Of a stretch of 64,000 nucleotides of DNA, positions 30,167 through 40,804 are shown piece after piece. Numbering within the stretch: the first letter of the stretch is position 1; the number at the start of each line of letters is the position of its first letter. Source of the DNA: Bacillota bacterium (GTDB lineage: Bacteria; Bacillota_I; Bacilli_A; RFN20; CAG-288); NCBI GenBank assembly GCA_023398335.1, contig JAEWSJ010000009.1, positions 55,567 to 119,566 of the forward strand, written 5' to 3'. Under the pieces are notes generated by a model. It made no database searches and was not told where the DNA came from. It saw nothing but the letters and a program-made list of their open reading frames with translations. Made by a program: the position numbers and the translations under genes.

Positions 30167-30325
30167 ATGGCAGAACCAAGAGCAGAAATCACATTACGTT
30201 GCAGCGTTTGTAAGAACGAAAACTATATTACAACTAAAAACAAAAGAGCACATTCTGAACGTTTTGAAGTTAAGAAGTATTGTCCACATTGCAACAAAAC
30301 AACATTACATACAGAGAAGAAGTAA
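30167..30325 (+). CDS. rpmG: 50S ribosomal protein L33
   Basis: Translation [52 protein letters not shown] has the L33 CxxC...CxxC signature. The GGAGG RBS sits 8 nt upstream. The track ORF 30144-30335 is in a different frame and is spurious. Confidence 0.9.
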   Translation: MAEPRAEITLRCSVCKNENYITTKNKRAHSERFEVKKYCPHCNKTTLHTEKK

Positions 30326-30349
30326 AGCTTGCTAACGCAAGTTTTTTTG
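30326..30349 (+). terminator. Weak terminator or attenuator after rpmG
   Basis: cttgc/gcaag 5 bp stem followed by T7. Confidence 0.4.
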
Positions 30350-30368
30350 CGAAAAAAAGGAGATAATT

Positions 30369-30935
30369 ATGGGTGATATTAAAATCGTTAATGAATTGGG
30401 ACCAGGTAAGTGTTTCACAGATGGTGGAGACTTATTTACTGTTCTCGATATTCAACACAACAAGACAGCTATGCGTCAAATGATCGTTAAGATCAAAGTT
30501 AAAAATTTGAAGAGTGGCGTTGTTAAAGATGTTTCATACACTGGTGGAGACAAAGTTACTATGGTCTATTTAGACAAGAGAAAGATGAATTATCTTTATG
30601 ATGACGGAACTTTCTGTGTTTTCATGGATAATGAAACATACGAACAAATTTCAATTCCACAAGAAAGACTTAAATGGGAATTAAATTTCCTCAAAGATGG
30701 TGTTGAAGCTACAGTTACTAGTTATGAAGGTGAAGTCATGGGTGTTGAATTACCTGTAAAGATTGCCTTACAAGTTGTTGAAACTGAAGAAGCTGTTAAA
30801 GGTGATACCATTAACAAAGCTATGAAAGATGCAAAACTTGAAACTGGTTATTCCTGTAAAGTTCCATTATTTGTTAAAAACGGAACAGTAATCTATGTTC
30901 GTACTGATACAGGCGAATACGATTCTAGAGCTTAA
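30369..30935 (+). CDS. efp: Elongation factor P
   Basis: 188 aa with the EF-P three-domain pattern. Confidence 0.8.
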   Translation: MGDIKIVNELGPGKCFTDGGDLFTVLDIQHNKTAMRQMIVKIKVKNLKSGVVKDVSYTGGDKVTMVYLDKRKMNYLYDDGTFCVFMDNETYEQISIPQERLKWELNFLKDGVEATVTSYEGEVMGVELPVKIALQVVETEEAVKGDTINKAMKDAKLETGYSCKVPLFVKNGTVIYVRTDTGEYDSRA

Positions 30936-30940
30936 CTAAT

Positions 30941-30970
30941 AAAAAAAGAGCCCGTTGGCTCTTTTATTTT
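30941..30970 (+). terminator. Rho-independent terminator after efp
   Basis: aagagcc cgtt ggctctt followed by a T-run. Confidence 0.7.
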
Positions 30971-31018
30971 GGTTGAATATATGGTATAAATATTCATGTT
31001 TATAAGGAGAGAAATATT

Positions 31019-31231
31019 ATGTGGTATTATTATTTATTAGTAGCTATTCTATGTTTAATCTTAGGCCTTGTAGGTGGCTATTTTGGAGCTAGATATATCT
31101 TCAAGAAGGAATTAAAAAAGAACCCACCAGTCAATGAAAAAATGATTCGTGCTATGTTTACTTCTATGGGAAGAAAACCATCTGAAGCTCAAATTCGCCA
31201 AGTCATGAAATCAATGGATGCAAATCGATAA
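31019..31231 (+). CDS. yneF: UPF0154 small membrane protein (YneF family)
   Basis: 70 aa with an N-terminal TM and ...MGRKPSEAQIRQVM... Neighbours plsY as in Bsu. Confidence 0.75.
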   Translation: MWYYYLLVAILCLILGLVGGYFGARYIFKKELKKNPPVNEKMIRAMFTSMGRKPSEAQIRQVMKSMDANR

Positions 31232-31267
31232 AAAAATTGTTTCACTTATTAGGTGAAACATTTTTTT
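31231..31267. terminator. Bidirectional terminator between yneF and plsY
   Basis: tgtttcac/gtgaaaca 8 bp stem with an A-run upstream and a T-run downstream. Overlaps the plsY stop. Confidence 0.65.
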
Positions 31268-32042
31268 ATTTCTTAATTTTTACTGAATCAGGAAGAGCAT
31301 CATCGCCTTTATGACGATAATGAGTTTCTGGTTCTTCTTTTTTTATAATTCTTTTGATATTAGATTTATGGAATAATATTACGAAGAAACCAAACACCAA
31401 TAGATATATTGAATATATATACGAATTTACAATTTGTAAACCATCACTGAAGAACCAAGAGCCTAAGATCCACGATGAAGAGAAACCTGTAGGAATAGGG
31501 AAGAAAACAACTATAAGCGAGACAGTAAACATCATTATTACAGATAGAATTGAAGCAATGGAAACTCTTTTCTTTATTGCAAATACTAGAAGGAAAAACG
31601 ATAAGCCAATAACTGCAAAGAGCCAGTTTGTAGCAACGATAAATCCACCGAAGCAAGAAACAGCTTTACCACCTTTAAATTTATAATAAATCGGCCATTT
31701 ATGACCAATTCCTGCACATAAACCAGCTGTGTAATAAAGGATTTCTACAGGGAAATTTTTCACTAATGAATCTACATATAATCCACATGAAGTATAGTTA
31801 AATATAAAGAAGATTGACCACATTGGAATTAAAGTTTTTAAGACATCAAGGAATATTGTTAAAAAAGCATATTTTTTTCCTAAAGCACGACCAACATTGG
31901 TCCCACCAGCATTACCAGAACCTACTTTATAAATATCGATTCCTTTCATTTTGCAAATGATTAAGGCGAAGTTTATTGAGCCAAACAAATATCCAACAAT
32001 TCCGCAAGCTAATATAATAAGTGTTAAGTAAAATATATTCAT
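31266..32042 (-). CDS. plsY: Glycerol-3-phosphate acyltransferase PlsY
   Basis: GSGNAGGTN motif and multiple TM helices. Confidence 0.85.
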   Translation of the reverse strand: MNIFYLTLIILACGIVGYLFGSINFALIICKMKGIDIYKVGSGNAGGTNVGRALGKKYAFLTIFLDVLKTLIPMWSIFFIFNYTSCGLYVDSLVKNFPVEILYYTAGLCAGIGHKWPIYYKFKGGKAVSCFGGFIVATNWLFAVIGLSFFLLVFAIKKRVSIASILSVIMMFTVSLIVVFFPIPTGFSSSWILGSWFFSDGLQIVNSYIYSIYLLVFGFFVILFHKSNIKRIIKKEEPETHYRHKGDDALPDSVKIKK

Positions 32043-32140
32043 TAATTATCCTCCTAAAGCATTACATATAATATTATATATTATGTAGAAATGAAATGTG
32101 TTTTTTTGTTATAATTTATAATGGAAAGTGAGAAATAAAT

Positions 32141-34090
32141 ATGTCAGAAAATAAATATAATGCTGATAACCTCACAGTGCTTAAAGGACTACAACCAGTT
32201 CGTGAAAGACCTGGTATGTATATAGGTTCAACCGATATCAATGGATTACATCATCTAGTGTGGGAAATTGTTGATAATGCTGTTGATGAAGCAAATGCAG
32301 GTTATGGAAAAAATATCACTGTTACGATTAATTTAGATGGGTCTATATCAATTTTAGATGAGGGTCGTGGTGTTCCTTGTGATTATAATCATAAGGAAAA
32401 ACTTTCTGGATTTGATATGGTTTATCGTATGTTACATGCAGGTGGTAAATTTGATGAATCAAACTATAAAACAGCTGGAGGACTACACGGGGTTGGTGGT
32501 GCAGTTGTAAATGCCTTATCATCTTGGATGGAAATTCACTCCTATCGTGATGGAAACGACAATTTTATTCGCTTTGAGAATGGTGGAAGCAAAGAATCCG
32601 ATATCGTAATAACTCCTTTAAAATCTTTTAAAAGAGGTACATTAGTTACTTTTTTACCAGATGCAAAAATATTTGAAGATACAACATTCGATTATCAAAG
32701 AATAGCCAATTCTCTAGATGATCGTGCTTGTTTAACAAAAGGTGTAACTTTTCATCTTGTTGACAAGAGAAATGATCGTAAGCAAGACTTTGTTTATACT
32801 GATGGAATTAAAGAATATTTTCAAGTTAAGAATTTTGGCAAAAGTCCTTTATGTGAACCAATCTATATTGAAGGTTCAGATGATGGAATAAAAGTTGAAT
32901 TAATTTGCCAATATTTCGATGGTGATTACAGTGAAAAAATCAATTCATTTGCTAATGGTGTTCGAACCGTCGATGGTGGACATCATGTCAGTGGATTAAG
33001 AAAAGCCTGGACAATATGTTTTAATAATTACGCTTTAAGCCATAAATTAATTAAACCTTCGATGCATCTTGAAGGAGAAGATATCAGAGAAGGATTCAAC
33101 GGAATTTTATCTTGTTGGATACCGGAAACTATTCTTCAATTTGAAGGACAAACAAAAGGAAAATTGGGAACAAAAGAAGCTAATGCTGCTGTTGATAATA
33201 TCGTCGAAAAAAAATTAACCTATTATTTAGAAGAACACGCTGATCAAGCGGATGCGATTGTAAAGAAAACTTTGGATTCGCTTAATGCAAGATTAAAGGC
33301 GAAAGAAGCGAAAGATCTTGCTCGAAAAGGAACAAAATCAAATTCTAAGGAATCTAATCTTTCTGGTAAGCTTACTCCAGCAAGTTCAAAAGAATATAAA
33401 AATAATGAATTGTTTATTGTTGAAGGTGATTCCGCAGGCGGTTCGGCTAAGAAGTGTCGTGATCGTATGCACCAAGCAATTCTACCTCTTAGAGGCAAAC
33501 CTAAAAATGTCGTTGGAGCGACTTCTGACTCAGATATTTTTGAAAATAAGGAACTTAATACAATAATTTATACCATCGGAGCAGGTTGTGATGATGATTT
33601 TAAATTAAAAGATATTCATTATGACAAGATAATTATTATGACCGATGCTGATGATGATGGCTGCCATATATCTAATTTACTTATCGCGTTCTTTTATGAA
33701 CATATGCGTCCTTTGATTGAAGCAGGCCACATATATTTAGCGTGCCCTCCTTTATATCGACTTGCAAAAAAAGATAAAGAAATATATTGTTGGTCTGAAG
33801 AGGAACTTATTGAAGGTCGTAAAGAAATGGGAAGTGGAAATTACACTTTATCACGATTCAAAGGATTAGGTGAAATGGATGCTGCACAACTTGGTAAAAC
33901 CACAATGAATAAAGGTACTAGAAAACTTATTCAGATCACTATTGAAGATGAAGATGAATGTGAAGATAAAGTTAATTTATTTATGGGAAAAGATGCTGAT
34001 AGAAGAAAAGTATGGATTTCAAATAACATTGATTTCTCCTATCGTACAGATGTTTATGAGGAGGTAAAACGTAATGAAGTCGAAAAGTAA
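32141..34090 (+). CDS. parE: Type IIA topoisomerase B subunit, topoisomerase IV ParE by synteny
   Basis: GHKL ATPase and TOPRIM domains. plsY-parE-parC order as in Firmicutes. Confidence 0.75.
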   Translation: MSENKYNADNLTVLKGLQPVRERPGMYIGSTDINGLHHLVWEIVDNAVDEANAGYGKNITVTINLDGSISILDEGRGVPCDYNHKEKLSGFDMVYRMLHAGGKFDESNYKTAGGLHGVGGAVVNALSSWMEIHSYRDGNDNFIRFENGGSKESDIVITPLKSFKRGTLVTFLPDAKIFEDTTFDYQRIANSLDDRACLTKGVTFHLVDKRNDRKQDFVYTDGIKEYFQVKNFGKSPLCEPIYIEGSDDGIKVELICQYFDGDYSEKINSFANGVRTVDGGHHVSGLRKAWTICFNNYALSHKLIKPSMHLEGEDIREGFNGILSCWIPETILQFEGQTKGKLGTKEANAAVDNIVEKKLTYYLEEHADQADAIVKKTLDSLNARLKAKEAKDLARKGTKSNSKESNLSGKLTPASSKEYKNNELFIVEGDSAGGSAKKCRDRMHQAILPLRGKPKNVVGATSDSDIFENKELNTIIYTIGAGCDDDFKLKDIHYDKIIIMTDADDDGCHISNLLIAFFYEHMRPLIEAGHIYLACPPLYRLAKKDKEIYCWSEEELIEGRKEMGSGNYTLSRFKGLGEMDAAQLGKTTMNKGTRKLIQITIEDEDECEDKVNLFMGKDADRRKVWISNNIDFSYRTDVYEEVKRNEVEK

Positions 34091-36665
34091 GAAAACTGAA
34101 ATTATCGAAGATACACGTATTGAACCTTCTGAAGTATCTTCTGTCATGGCCACAGGATTTAATAGATATGCTAAAGCTGTATTGCTTGAACGTGCAATTC
34201 CAGATGTAAGAGATGGATTAAAACCTGTTCAAAGAAGAATTATTTATACCATGTATGAAAGTGGTAATGTTTTTTCAAAACCAACAAGAAAATGCGCTCG
34301 TACTGTCGGTGATGTTATGGGTAAATTTCACCCACATGGCGATTCATCAATCTATGATGCTTTATGTAGATTGTCCCAAGATTGGAAGATGGAAGTTCCA
34401 TTAGTTACTTTCCAAGGTAATAATGGCTCTATTGATAATGATCCACCAGCTGCATATAGATACACTGAATCAAAATTATCAAAAATATCAGAATTATTAG
34501 TTCAAGATATTGATAAAAATACAGTCAATATGACGTTGAATTTTGATGATACTTTACTTGAACCAACAGTTTTACCTGCAAGATTTCCTAATTTGTTGGT
34601 AAATGGTGCACAAGGCATTGCTGTTGGTGCTGCTACATATATTCCTTCGCACAATTTAGAAGAAATCATCGATGCTACTATTTATCGTATTGAACATAAA
34701 AGATGTACAGTTCAAGATTTGTTGCAATTTATTAAAGGGCCTGATTTTCCAACTGGTGGCACCATTGATAATACTGAAGCCTTAAAGCAAATGTATGAAA
34801 CAGGGCAGGCAACTTTTTACATTCATTGTGATACTACAATCGATGAAATAACAAACCAAATTATTATTACCGGTTTGCCTTTTGGAATGGTTAAATCTCA
34901 ATTTGTTGCTGATTTAGACAAACGTAAAATTAACGATAAACTAGATAATATTGAAGAAATTCGTGATGAATCTACCGAAGATATTCGTGTTGTTATTGAT
35001 GTTAAACAAGGACAAGATCCTGCTTCAATCCTTTCATACTTACGTCAAAAAGGTGCTTTAAGAAGTACTTATGCTGCTAATATGCTAGCGATTGATAAAG
35101 GCCATCCAAAAACGATGAATGTTCTCGAAATATTAAATTCATATATTTCTCATCAGGAAGAGGTCATTACTCGTCGTTCTAAATTTGATTTAGATAAAAA
35201 AACCATCCGACTTGAAGTTGTTGATGGTTTGATTAAAGCAGTATCTATTATTGATCAAGTAATTCATACTATACGTTCTTCTAAAGGAAGAGAAGATTCA
35301 AAACTTAATATTATAAATGCTTTTAATTTCACTGATAGACAAGCGGAAGCGATTGTAACGATGCAACTCTATCGTTTATCTAATACTGATGTCACGCTTT
35401 TGATGCAAGAAAAAGAGCAATTAACTAAAGATATAACTGAACTTAAGGAAATTCTTGCAAATGAAACTAAACTGGACAGAGTTATTATTAAAGATCTTAA
35501 GGAAATTAGAGATACATATAAGACACCACGTAAGACTACGATTCTCGATGAAAAAATTAAATTCGAAGCTGTTGATGTTACAAAATTAATCGCTAAAGAA
35601 GATGTTTATGTTGTTTTATCAAAAGATGGATATATAAAGAAATCATCCGTTCGTTCATATCAAGCAGCTACAAATGGTAGTGATGTTTTATCTTCCTTAC
35701 CAAAGATTAAACAGGGGGATAGAATTGTCCTTAATCAACCATGTACAACACATGATTCTGTTATTGCTTTCTTCGCTTCCGGCACTTATGCTTACATACC
35801 TGTATTTAAAATTGAGGATTGTAAATGGAGAGAAGATGGAAAACATTTAAATACTATTTTAAGTGTTAACTCCAATGATAAAGTAGTTTCTGCATTTATA
35901 GTTAAAACATTTGATTTACCAACTTATCTTGTATTTTTAACTAAAGAAGGGAAGATTAAACGTACTTTACTAAAAGAATACGAACAACAGAAGCTAACTC
36001 TACGTCCGTTAAAAGCTATAGGTCTTGGCAAAGGTGATTCCTTGATTGATGTCAAATTAACAAGTGGAAACAGTGACATTATCGTTTGCCAAGATAATGG
36101 ATATAGCTCTCGTTTTAATGAAAATGAGGTCCCAATTGTTGGAATTAAGGCTGCGGGTGTAAAAGCTGTTAATTTTGGAAAAGAAAAATCCAAATTGATT
36201 CAACTTATTGTTTTAAATTCGAACGAACATACGAAGATTTTAGTACTTTCTAATAAACTTTGCGCTCGTATTATTTCATCGAATAGTATCGATGTTACTT
36301 CTCGTTTAGGTATGAAACAAGCTGTGGTTAGAATCTTTAAAGCTAACCCAATGAAAATTGTCTCGATGGATAAGGTAAATCTTAAACGTGGCAAAGAAAT
36401 AGAAAATAATGTATTTATCTACACTGATGACACAAATGAAATAGTCGATATAAATTTACTCGATGTTGTTTCAGTTGGCACTGGTATGAAAGCTAATGTT
36501 CCATTAGAAGGAAAAACAATTAGTGGAAGACATACGGATGGCGATATTATTGATGAAAATTGCGAAATTGAAAAGCCTACTTTAATTGTTGAACAAGTTA
36601 AAGCTAAAGAGGACGATGGAGAAAAACAACTATCTTTGTTTGATCTTTTCGATGAAGAAAAATGA
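34074..36665 (+). CDS. parC: Type IIA topoisomerase A subunit, ParC by synteny (no GyrA-box seen)
   Basis: Catalytic Tyr region and acidic C-terminal tail. No QRRGGKG motif. Confidence 0.7.
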   Translation: MKSKSKKTEIIEDTRIEPSEVSSVMATGFNRYAKAVLLERAIPDVRDGLKPVQRRIIYTMYESGNVFSKPTRKCARTVGDVMGKFHPHGDSSIYDALCRLSQDWKMEVPLVTFQGNNGSIDNDPPAAYRYTESKLSKISELLVQDIDKNTVNMTLNFDDTLLEPTVLPARFPNLLVNGAQGIAVGAATYIPSHNLEEIIDATIYRIEHKRCTVQDLLQFIKGPDFPTGGTIDNTEALKQMYETGQATFYIHCDTTIDEITNQIIITGLPFGMVKSQFVADLDKRKINDKLDNIEEIRDESTEDIRVVIDVKQGQDPASILSYLRQKGALRSTYAANMLAIDKGHPKTMNVLEILNSYISHQEEVITRRSKFDLDKKTIRLEVVDGLIKAVSIIDQVIHTIRSSKGREDSKLNIINAFNFTDRQAEAIVTMQLYRLSNTDVTLLMQEKEQLTKDITELKEILANETKLDRVIIKDLKEIRDTYKTPRKTTILDEKIKFEAVDVTKLIAKEDVYVVLSKDGYIKKSSVRSYQAATNGSDVLSSLPKIKQGDRIVLNQPCTTHDSVIAFFASGTYAYIPVFKIEDCKWREDGKHLNTILSVNSNDKVVSAFIVKTFDLPTYLVFLTKEGKIKRTLLKEYEQQKLTLRPLKAIGLGKGDSLIDVKLTSGNSDIIVCQDNGYSSRFNENEVPIVGIKAAGVKAVNFGKEKSKLIQLIVLNSNEHTKILVLSNKLCARIISSNSIDVTSRLGMKQAVVRIFKANPMKIVSMDKVNLKRGKEIENNVFIYTDDTNEIVDINLLDVVSVGTGMKANVPLEGKTISGRHTDGDIIDENCEIEKPTLIVEQVKAKEDDGEKQLSLFDLFDEEK

Positions 36666-37186
36666 TAAAAAAAATAATTGCTGATTTTCATGCGACCAGC
36701 GTTTATTCTTTGGATATTGAAGAGTTAAAACTACTTAATATTAAGCTTGCTTTTATCGACCTCGATAATACTTTAGCTCAATATGATTTGCTAAGTCCCG
36801 AGAAAAGGACCTATGAACTAATAAAAAAATATAAAGACAATGGCATTGAGGTAGTTATTCTTTCGAATAATCGTGAGAAAAGAGTTAGCCCTTTTGTCAG
36901 CAAATTAAAAGTAAAATATATATCTTCATGTCATAAGCCATTTAAGAGCAAAATCAAAAAGTATATTATCTCTAATTGTATTGAGACATCTAATGCTATA
37001 ATAATAGGAGATCAACTTCTTACTGATGTTATGTTGGCTCACGCTTTAAATATGAAATGTGTTCTTACTGAACCTATTTCCAAAATTGATCAATTTACAA
37101 CAAGATTTAATCGTCTTATTGATAGACCTTTACGTAAGAAATACTTAAAAGAAAATCGACTTGGAATAAATATTAATGTAAAATAA
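36662..37186 (+). CDS. yqeG: HAD-family phosphatase YqeG
   Basis: FIDLDNTL DxD motif. First gene of the yqeG-yqeH-nadD-yqeK-rsfS cluster. Confidence 0.75.
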   Translation: MIKKIIADFHATSVYSLDIEELKLLNIKLAFIDLDNTLAQYDLLSPEKRTYELIKKYKDNGIEVVILSNNREKRVSPFVSKLKVKYISSCHKPFKSKIKKYIISNCIETSNAIIIGDQLLTDVMLAHALNMKCVLTEPISKIDQFTTRFNRLIDRPLRKKYLKENRLGININVK

Positions 37187-37206
37187 ATTAAACGGAGGAT
37201 ATTTAT

Positions 37207-38352
37207 ATGTTACTAAAAAACAAGAATTCTGGAATCACTGATGAAATTAGAATTAAAAGATGTTATGGTTGTGGAACTATCTTACAATCAAAAGATCCTT
37301 CATTACCTGGGTTCATCAAAGAATCAAAACTAAATGAAGAAGAGAATTGCTTGTGTGAAAGATGTTATCGTTTACGTCATTACAACATTCAAGACGTTCC
37401 CCATTTCTCTGAAGATTATGAGAAAATATTAAAACGTGCTAATAGTGAAAATGCTTTGATAGTTTATGTCATTGATTTGTTTGCTTTTGAAGCAAGCATG
37501 ATTGATGGTATTAGTGAACATTTAGGTAAGAAAGTATTAGTTATATTAAATAAACGTGATATTCTTCCTAAGTCTCTTCAAGATGATAAAATCATTGCTA
37601 ATGCCAAACGTCAATTATTAATCGAACATATTTCTCCTCTTGATATTGTTGTTACTTCTTCATCTAAAAACTATAATTTAGATGAATTATTCATGAAAAT
37701 GAACAAGCTTAGAGAAGGGAAGAATGTATACTTTATAGGTGCATCACAAGTTGGTAAATCTTCTATTATCAATGCGATATTAAAGAATTACAAGAACGAA
37801 ACAGATAAATGCATTACTACTTCAATGTTTCCAGGTACAACGCTAGATATCATAGATATACCTTTAGATAATTTGTCATCAATGTATGATACTCCCGGAA
37901 TTTTTAAAGTTGAATCGATTTATAATCACGTCGAAAGAACTATCTTAAGATACATTATTCCTCGTGATGAAATTAAACCACGTGTATTCCAATCTGGCGA
38001 TAAACAAAGTTATATTCTTGGTGCGCTTGTTCGTTTGGATTTTGTCTCCGGAAATAAAACAAATATCATATTTAATTTTTCCAATGATATTGCAATTACA
38101 AGAACAAAATTAGATAAGGGTGAAAAGACCTTTAATTCTCTTGCACAAACAGGACAAGTTAAACCTACATCGATGAATATTAAAATTATGTCAGACTTAG
38201 AAAAGCATTCCTTTACTTTACCTTCTTCTGGACTAATCAATATAAAGATATTTGGTATGGGCTACATAACACTTGAAGCAAATTGCCAAGTCTTTGATTT
38301 ATATACGCCAAAAAATGTTGGTATCAAGGTCGTTGCAACAGATATAAAGTAA
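37207..38352 (+). CDS. yqeH: Ribosome biogenesis GTPase YqeH
   Basis: N-terminal zinc ribbon CYGCG...CERC and a circularly permuted GTPase domain (GASQVGKSS). Confidence 0.8.
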   Translation: MLLKNKNSGITDEIRIKRCYGCGTILQSKDPSLPGFIKESKLNEEENCLCERCYRLRHYNIQDVPHFSEDYEKILKRANSENALIVYVIDLFAFEASMIDGISEHLGKKVLVILNKRDILPKSLQDDKIIANAKRQLLIEHISPLDIVVTSSSKNYNLDELFMKMNKLREGKNVYFIGASQVGKSSIINAILKNYKNETDKCITTSMFPGTTLDIIDIPLDNLSSMYDTPGIFKVESIYNHVERTILRYIIPRDEIKPRVFQSGDKQSYILGALVRLDFVSGNKTNIIFNFSNDIAITRTKLDKGEKTFNSLAQTGQVKPTSMNIKIMSDLEKHSFTLPSSGLINIKIFGMGYITLEANCQVFDLYTPKNVGIKVVATDIK

Positions 38353-38355
38353 TTT

Positions 38356-39462
38356 ATGGATAGAATCATTTTATTTGGTGGTTCTTTTGACCCAATTCAT
38401 AATGGACATTTAGAAATAGCTTCCTTCGCTCTTAAGACTTTAGGGGCGAAGAAGGTTATTTTTATTCCCGCAAAAAACCCACGCTGGAAAAAACCAACAC
38501 CAATCGAAGATCGCTTAAATTTAGTTCAACTCGCATTAAAAGGTAAGGATAATTTCGAATTATCAACTTATGAAATTGAATCAAAAGAAGAAACAAATTA
38601 TACCTATGATACGGTAAAGCATTTTAAATTAGTTTATCCTAATGATGAATTATATTTTTTAATTGGCTTTGATCAAGTTAATCAGTTGGATAGATGGAAA
38701 AACATTGATGAATTATCTTCATTAATACACTTTTTGGCCGTTTATAGACCAATTGATGATTTAAACAAAGAAAATATCAACAAGTATCATTTAACCGTTT
38801 TAGAAGGCTTAAATTTATCTGTCTCATCAACGCTGATTAGGGAACTTAAGTCTCTTGATTTGCCATTACCTTGTATAAAATATATCTTGGATAAAGAATT
38901 GTATTTTGTACCTAAAGTTAAGTCATATCTAAAGACCTCACGCTATTTACATTCAGTAAGTGTCGCTTATACCGCCTATGATATTGCAGAAGCAAATAAG
39001 TTAAACAAGTATGATGCATTTTTAGCGGGATATCTCCACGATGTCGGAAAATATGCTAAAATAGAAAAGTATGAAGATATAGTTAAAAAATTATATTCAA
39101 AATATTTTCCATTTGGTATTCCAAATTGGGTCTATCATCAGTTCATCGGCAAAATTATCGTTCAAAATGACTTTAAGATTCTCGATGAAGATATTCTTGA
39201 GTCAATTGAATTTCACACGACAGGGAAGAGAAATATGTCAGCGTTAGATAAGATTATCTTTGCTGCTGATAAAATTGAACCTACACGTGGATTTGATTCT
39301 AGTGATCTTATTAATTCGATGAAAAAAGATTATGAAAAAGGATTTATTGAGGTATTAAAAGCTAACAGAGAATATTTAGTATCGCATAATTCATATGTAC
39401 AAAATGAAGATTTATTGACGAAAGAATGTTATGATTATTATTTAAAAGGAGAAGAGAAATAA
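38356..39462 (+). CDS. nadD: Fusion protein: nicotinate-nucleotide adenylyltransferase NadD (N-terminus) plus HD-domain YqeK (C-terminus)
   Basis: Residues 1-190 carry ILFGGSFDPIHNGHL (nucleotidyltransferase HxGH). Residues 200-368 carry HSVSVAYTAYDIA...GYLHDVGK (HD motif). In Bsu these are two adjacent genes. Confidence 0.8.
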   Translation: MDRIILFGGSFDPIHNGHLEIASFALKTLGAKKVIFIPAKNPRWKKPTPIEDRLNLVQLALKGKDNFELSTYEIESKEETNYTYDTVKHFKLVYPNDELYFLIGFDQVNQLDRWKNIDELSSLIHFLAVYRPIDDLNKENINKYHLTVLEGLNLSVSSTLIRELKSLDLPLPCIKYILDKELYFVPKVKSYLKTSRYLHSVSVAYTAYDIAEANKLNKYDAFLAGYLHDVGKYAKIEKYEDIVKKLYSKYFPFGIPNWVYHQFIGKIIVQNDFKILDEDILESIEFHTTGKRNMSALDKIIFAADKIEPTRGFDSSDLINSMKKDYEKGFIEVLKANREYLVSHNSYVQNEDLLTKECYDYYLKGEEK

Positions 39463-39807
39463 ATGTATCAAGCAAAAAGCCTAGCAAAAAAAATTGCAAA
39501 TAAATTAGACTTCAGTAAAGCTGAAGGTGTAATTATATACGATGTCAGCAATAGAACACCATTAGCTCATTATTATATTGTTTGTAGCGCAGATAACGCT
39601 CGTAAATTAAACGGCTTAAAAGAAGTTGCATGCGAAGTAATTGAGAGCGCTGTAGGTGGCGATGTTGGTCATATCGAAGGTAGACAAGGCTCCTCATGGT
39701 TTGTTATTGATGCCCATGATATAGTCGTTCATATTTTTGATGAAAATGAAAGGCAAAGAGTTAATTTTGATAAAATTTACGCCTCTTGTCCAACTGTTGA
39801 ATATTAA
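39463..39807 (+). CDS. rsfS: Ribosomal silencing factor RsfS (Iojap)
   Basis: 114 aa with the Iojap family pattern. Confidence 0.8.
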   Translation: MYQAKSLAKKIANKLDFSKAEGVIIYDVSNRTPLAHYYIVCSADNARKLNGLKEVACEVIESAVGGDVGHIEGRQGSSWFVIDAHDIVVHIFDENERQRVNFDKIYASCPTVEY

Positions 39808-39835
39808 TTAATCTATATAAAGGAGATTATTATAT

Positions 39836-40543
39836 ATGAAAAATATTTTATTAATTGCAGCGATGCCAGAAGAATTAGATGCTTTAAAAGATAAGTTAAG
39901 TAAATTTAAAGAAAAAAGTTATGGCGTAATAAAAGGTATCGAATTTAAAACTAAAAAGGGAAATGTTTTTGCTTTTGTTGGTAAAGTTGGTAAAGCTAAT
40001 ACGGCGTTTAACATCGGATATTTAGCTGCGCAAATGGATATTAAACGTATCATTAATTTTGGAGTGGCAGGCTCATTATCAAAAAATATCGTACCTCTTG
40101 ACGTTGTAGTAGCCGAAAAGGTTTGTTATTTTGATTGTGATTTAACATCAGACCCAAAATACAAATTAGGTCAAATGGCAGGTGAGGAATTGTATTATTT
40201 AGCTGATCCAACAATCAACAGAATATTAAATAAAATTAATACAACTTTAAATATTAAGACAGGAACAATAATCTCTTCTGATTCATTCGCTACTAAAGCT
40301 AATATGACAGAAGATTTATTGAAGCATTTTGATAATCCATTATGTGTTGATATGGAGTCAGGTGCTGTAGGACAAATATCACATCGTTTAAATATTCCAT
40401 TTACAATTATTCGCGCGATATCAGATATGGTCCTTGCTGAATCTAATACAGATATGTTTAATGAATTCTTGGAAATGTCTTCTCGTCGAGCTGCATCAAC
40501 AGTCTTACATATTCTAAATAATGAATACGTTGATGAACAATAA
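39836..40543 (+). CDS. mtnN: 5'-methylthioadenosine/S-adenosylhomocysteine nucleosidase
   Basis: MKNILLIAAMPEEL... PNP/UDP phosphorylase fold. Confidence 0.8.
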   Translation: MKNILLIAAMPEELDALKDKLSKFKEKSYGVIKGIEFKTKKGNVFAFVGKVGKANTAFNIGYLAAQMDIKRIINFGVAGSLSKNIVPLDVVVAEKVCYFDCDLTSDPKYKLGQMAGEELYYLADPTINRILNKINTTLNIKTGTIISSDSFATKANMTEDLLKHFDNPLCVDMESGAVGQISHRLNIPFTIIRAISDMVLAESNTDMFNEFLEMSSRRAASTVLHILNNEYVDEQ

Positions 40544-40557
40544 TATATAAAGTCTAT

Positions 40558-40588
40558 AACCTGATAAATAATATTTGTCAGGTTTTTT
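40558..40588 (+). terminator. Rho-independent terminator after mtnN
   Basis: aacctgataaa...tttgtcagg long stem followed by T6. Confidence 0.75.
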
Positions 40589-40776
40589 AATTGGCTAAAA
40601 CGACATAAGACGTATAAGTAATAAGATAAATGTCTCTTGTGGACGAATAGAAGCACAATGATATTAAAGGAAAAAATATATTCTCATACACGTATCATCT
40701 ATTTATATAATTATTAATAAATTACTAAATTGATAGGGAAAGCCCATAATAGGGCATATTACTACATATTATAATA

Positions 40777-40804
40777 ACTTCGTATAATCTCTATTATGTA
40801 AACT
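40777..40804. other. dif: Chromosome dimer resolution site dif (XerC/XerD target)
   Basis: ACTTCGTATAA-TCTCTA-TTATGTAAACT, compared with the B. subtilis/Firmicutes dif ACTTCCTAGAA-TATATA-TTATGTAAACT. The right arm is an 11/11 match and the left arm is 9/11. It lies in a 450 bp non-coding gap at the strand-bias switch. Confidence 0.8.

Noticed and set aside
30144-30335. Track ORF of 63 aa ([10 protein letters not shown]...)
   Set aside because: Wrong frame. The real gene is rpmG in the +2 frame at 30167-30325.
40774-40786. Exact 13-mer ATAACTTCGTATA, identical to the loxP left arm
   Set aside because: The right arm does not match loxP. The 13-mer is instead the left half of a 28 bp Firmicutes dif site (see finding at 40777-40804), so Cre/loxP is a coincidental resemblance.
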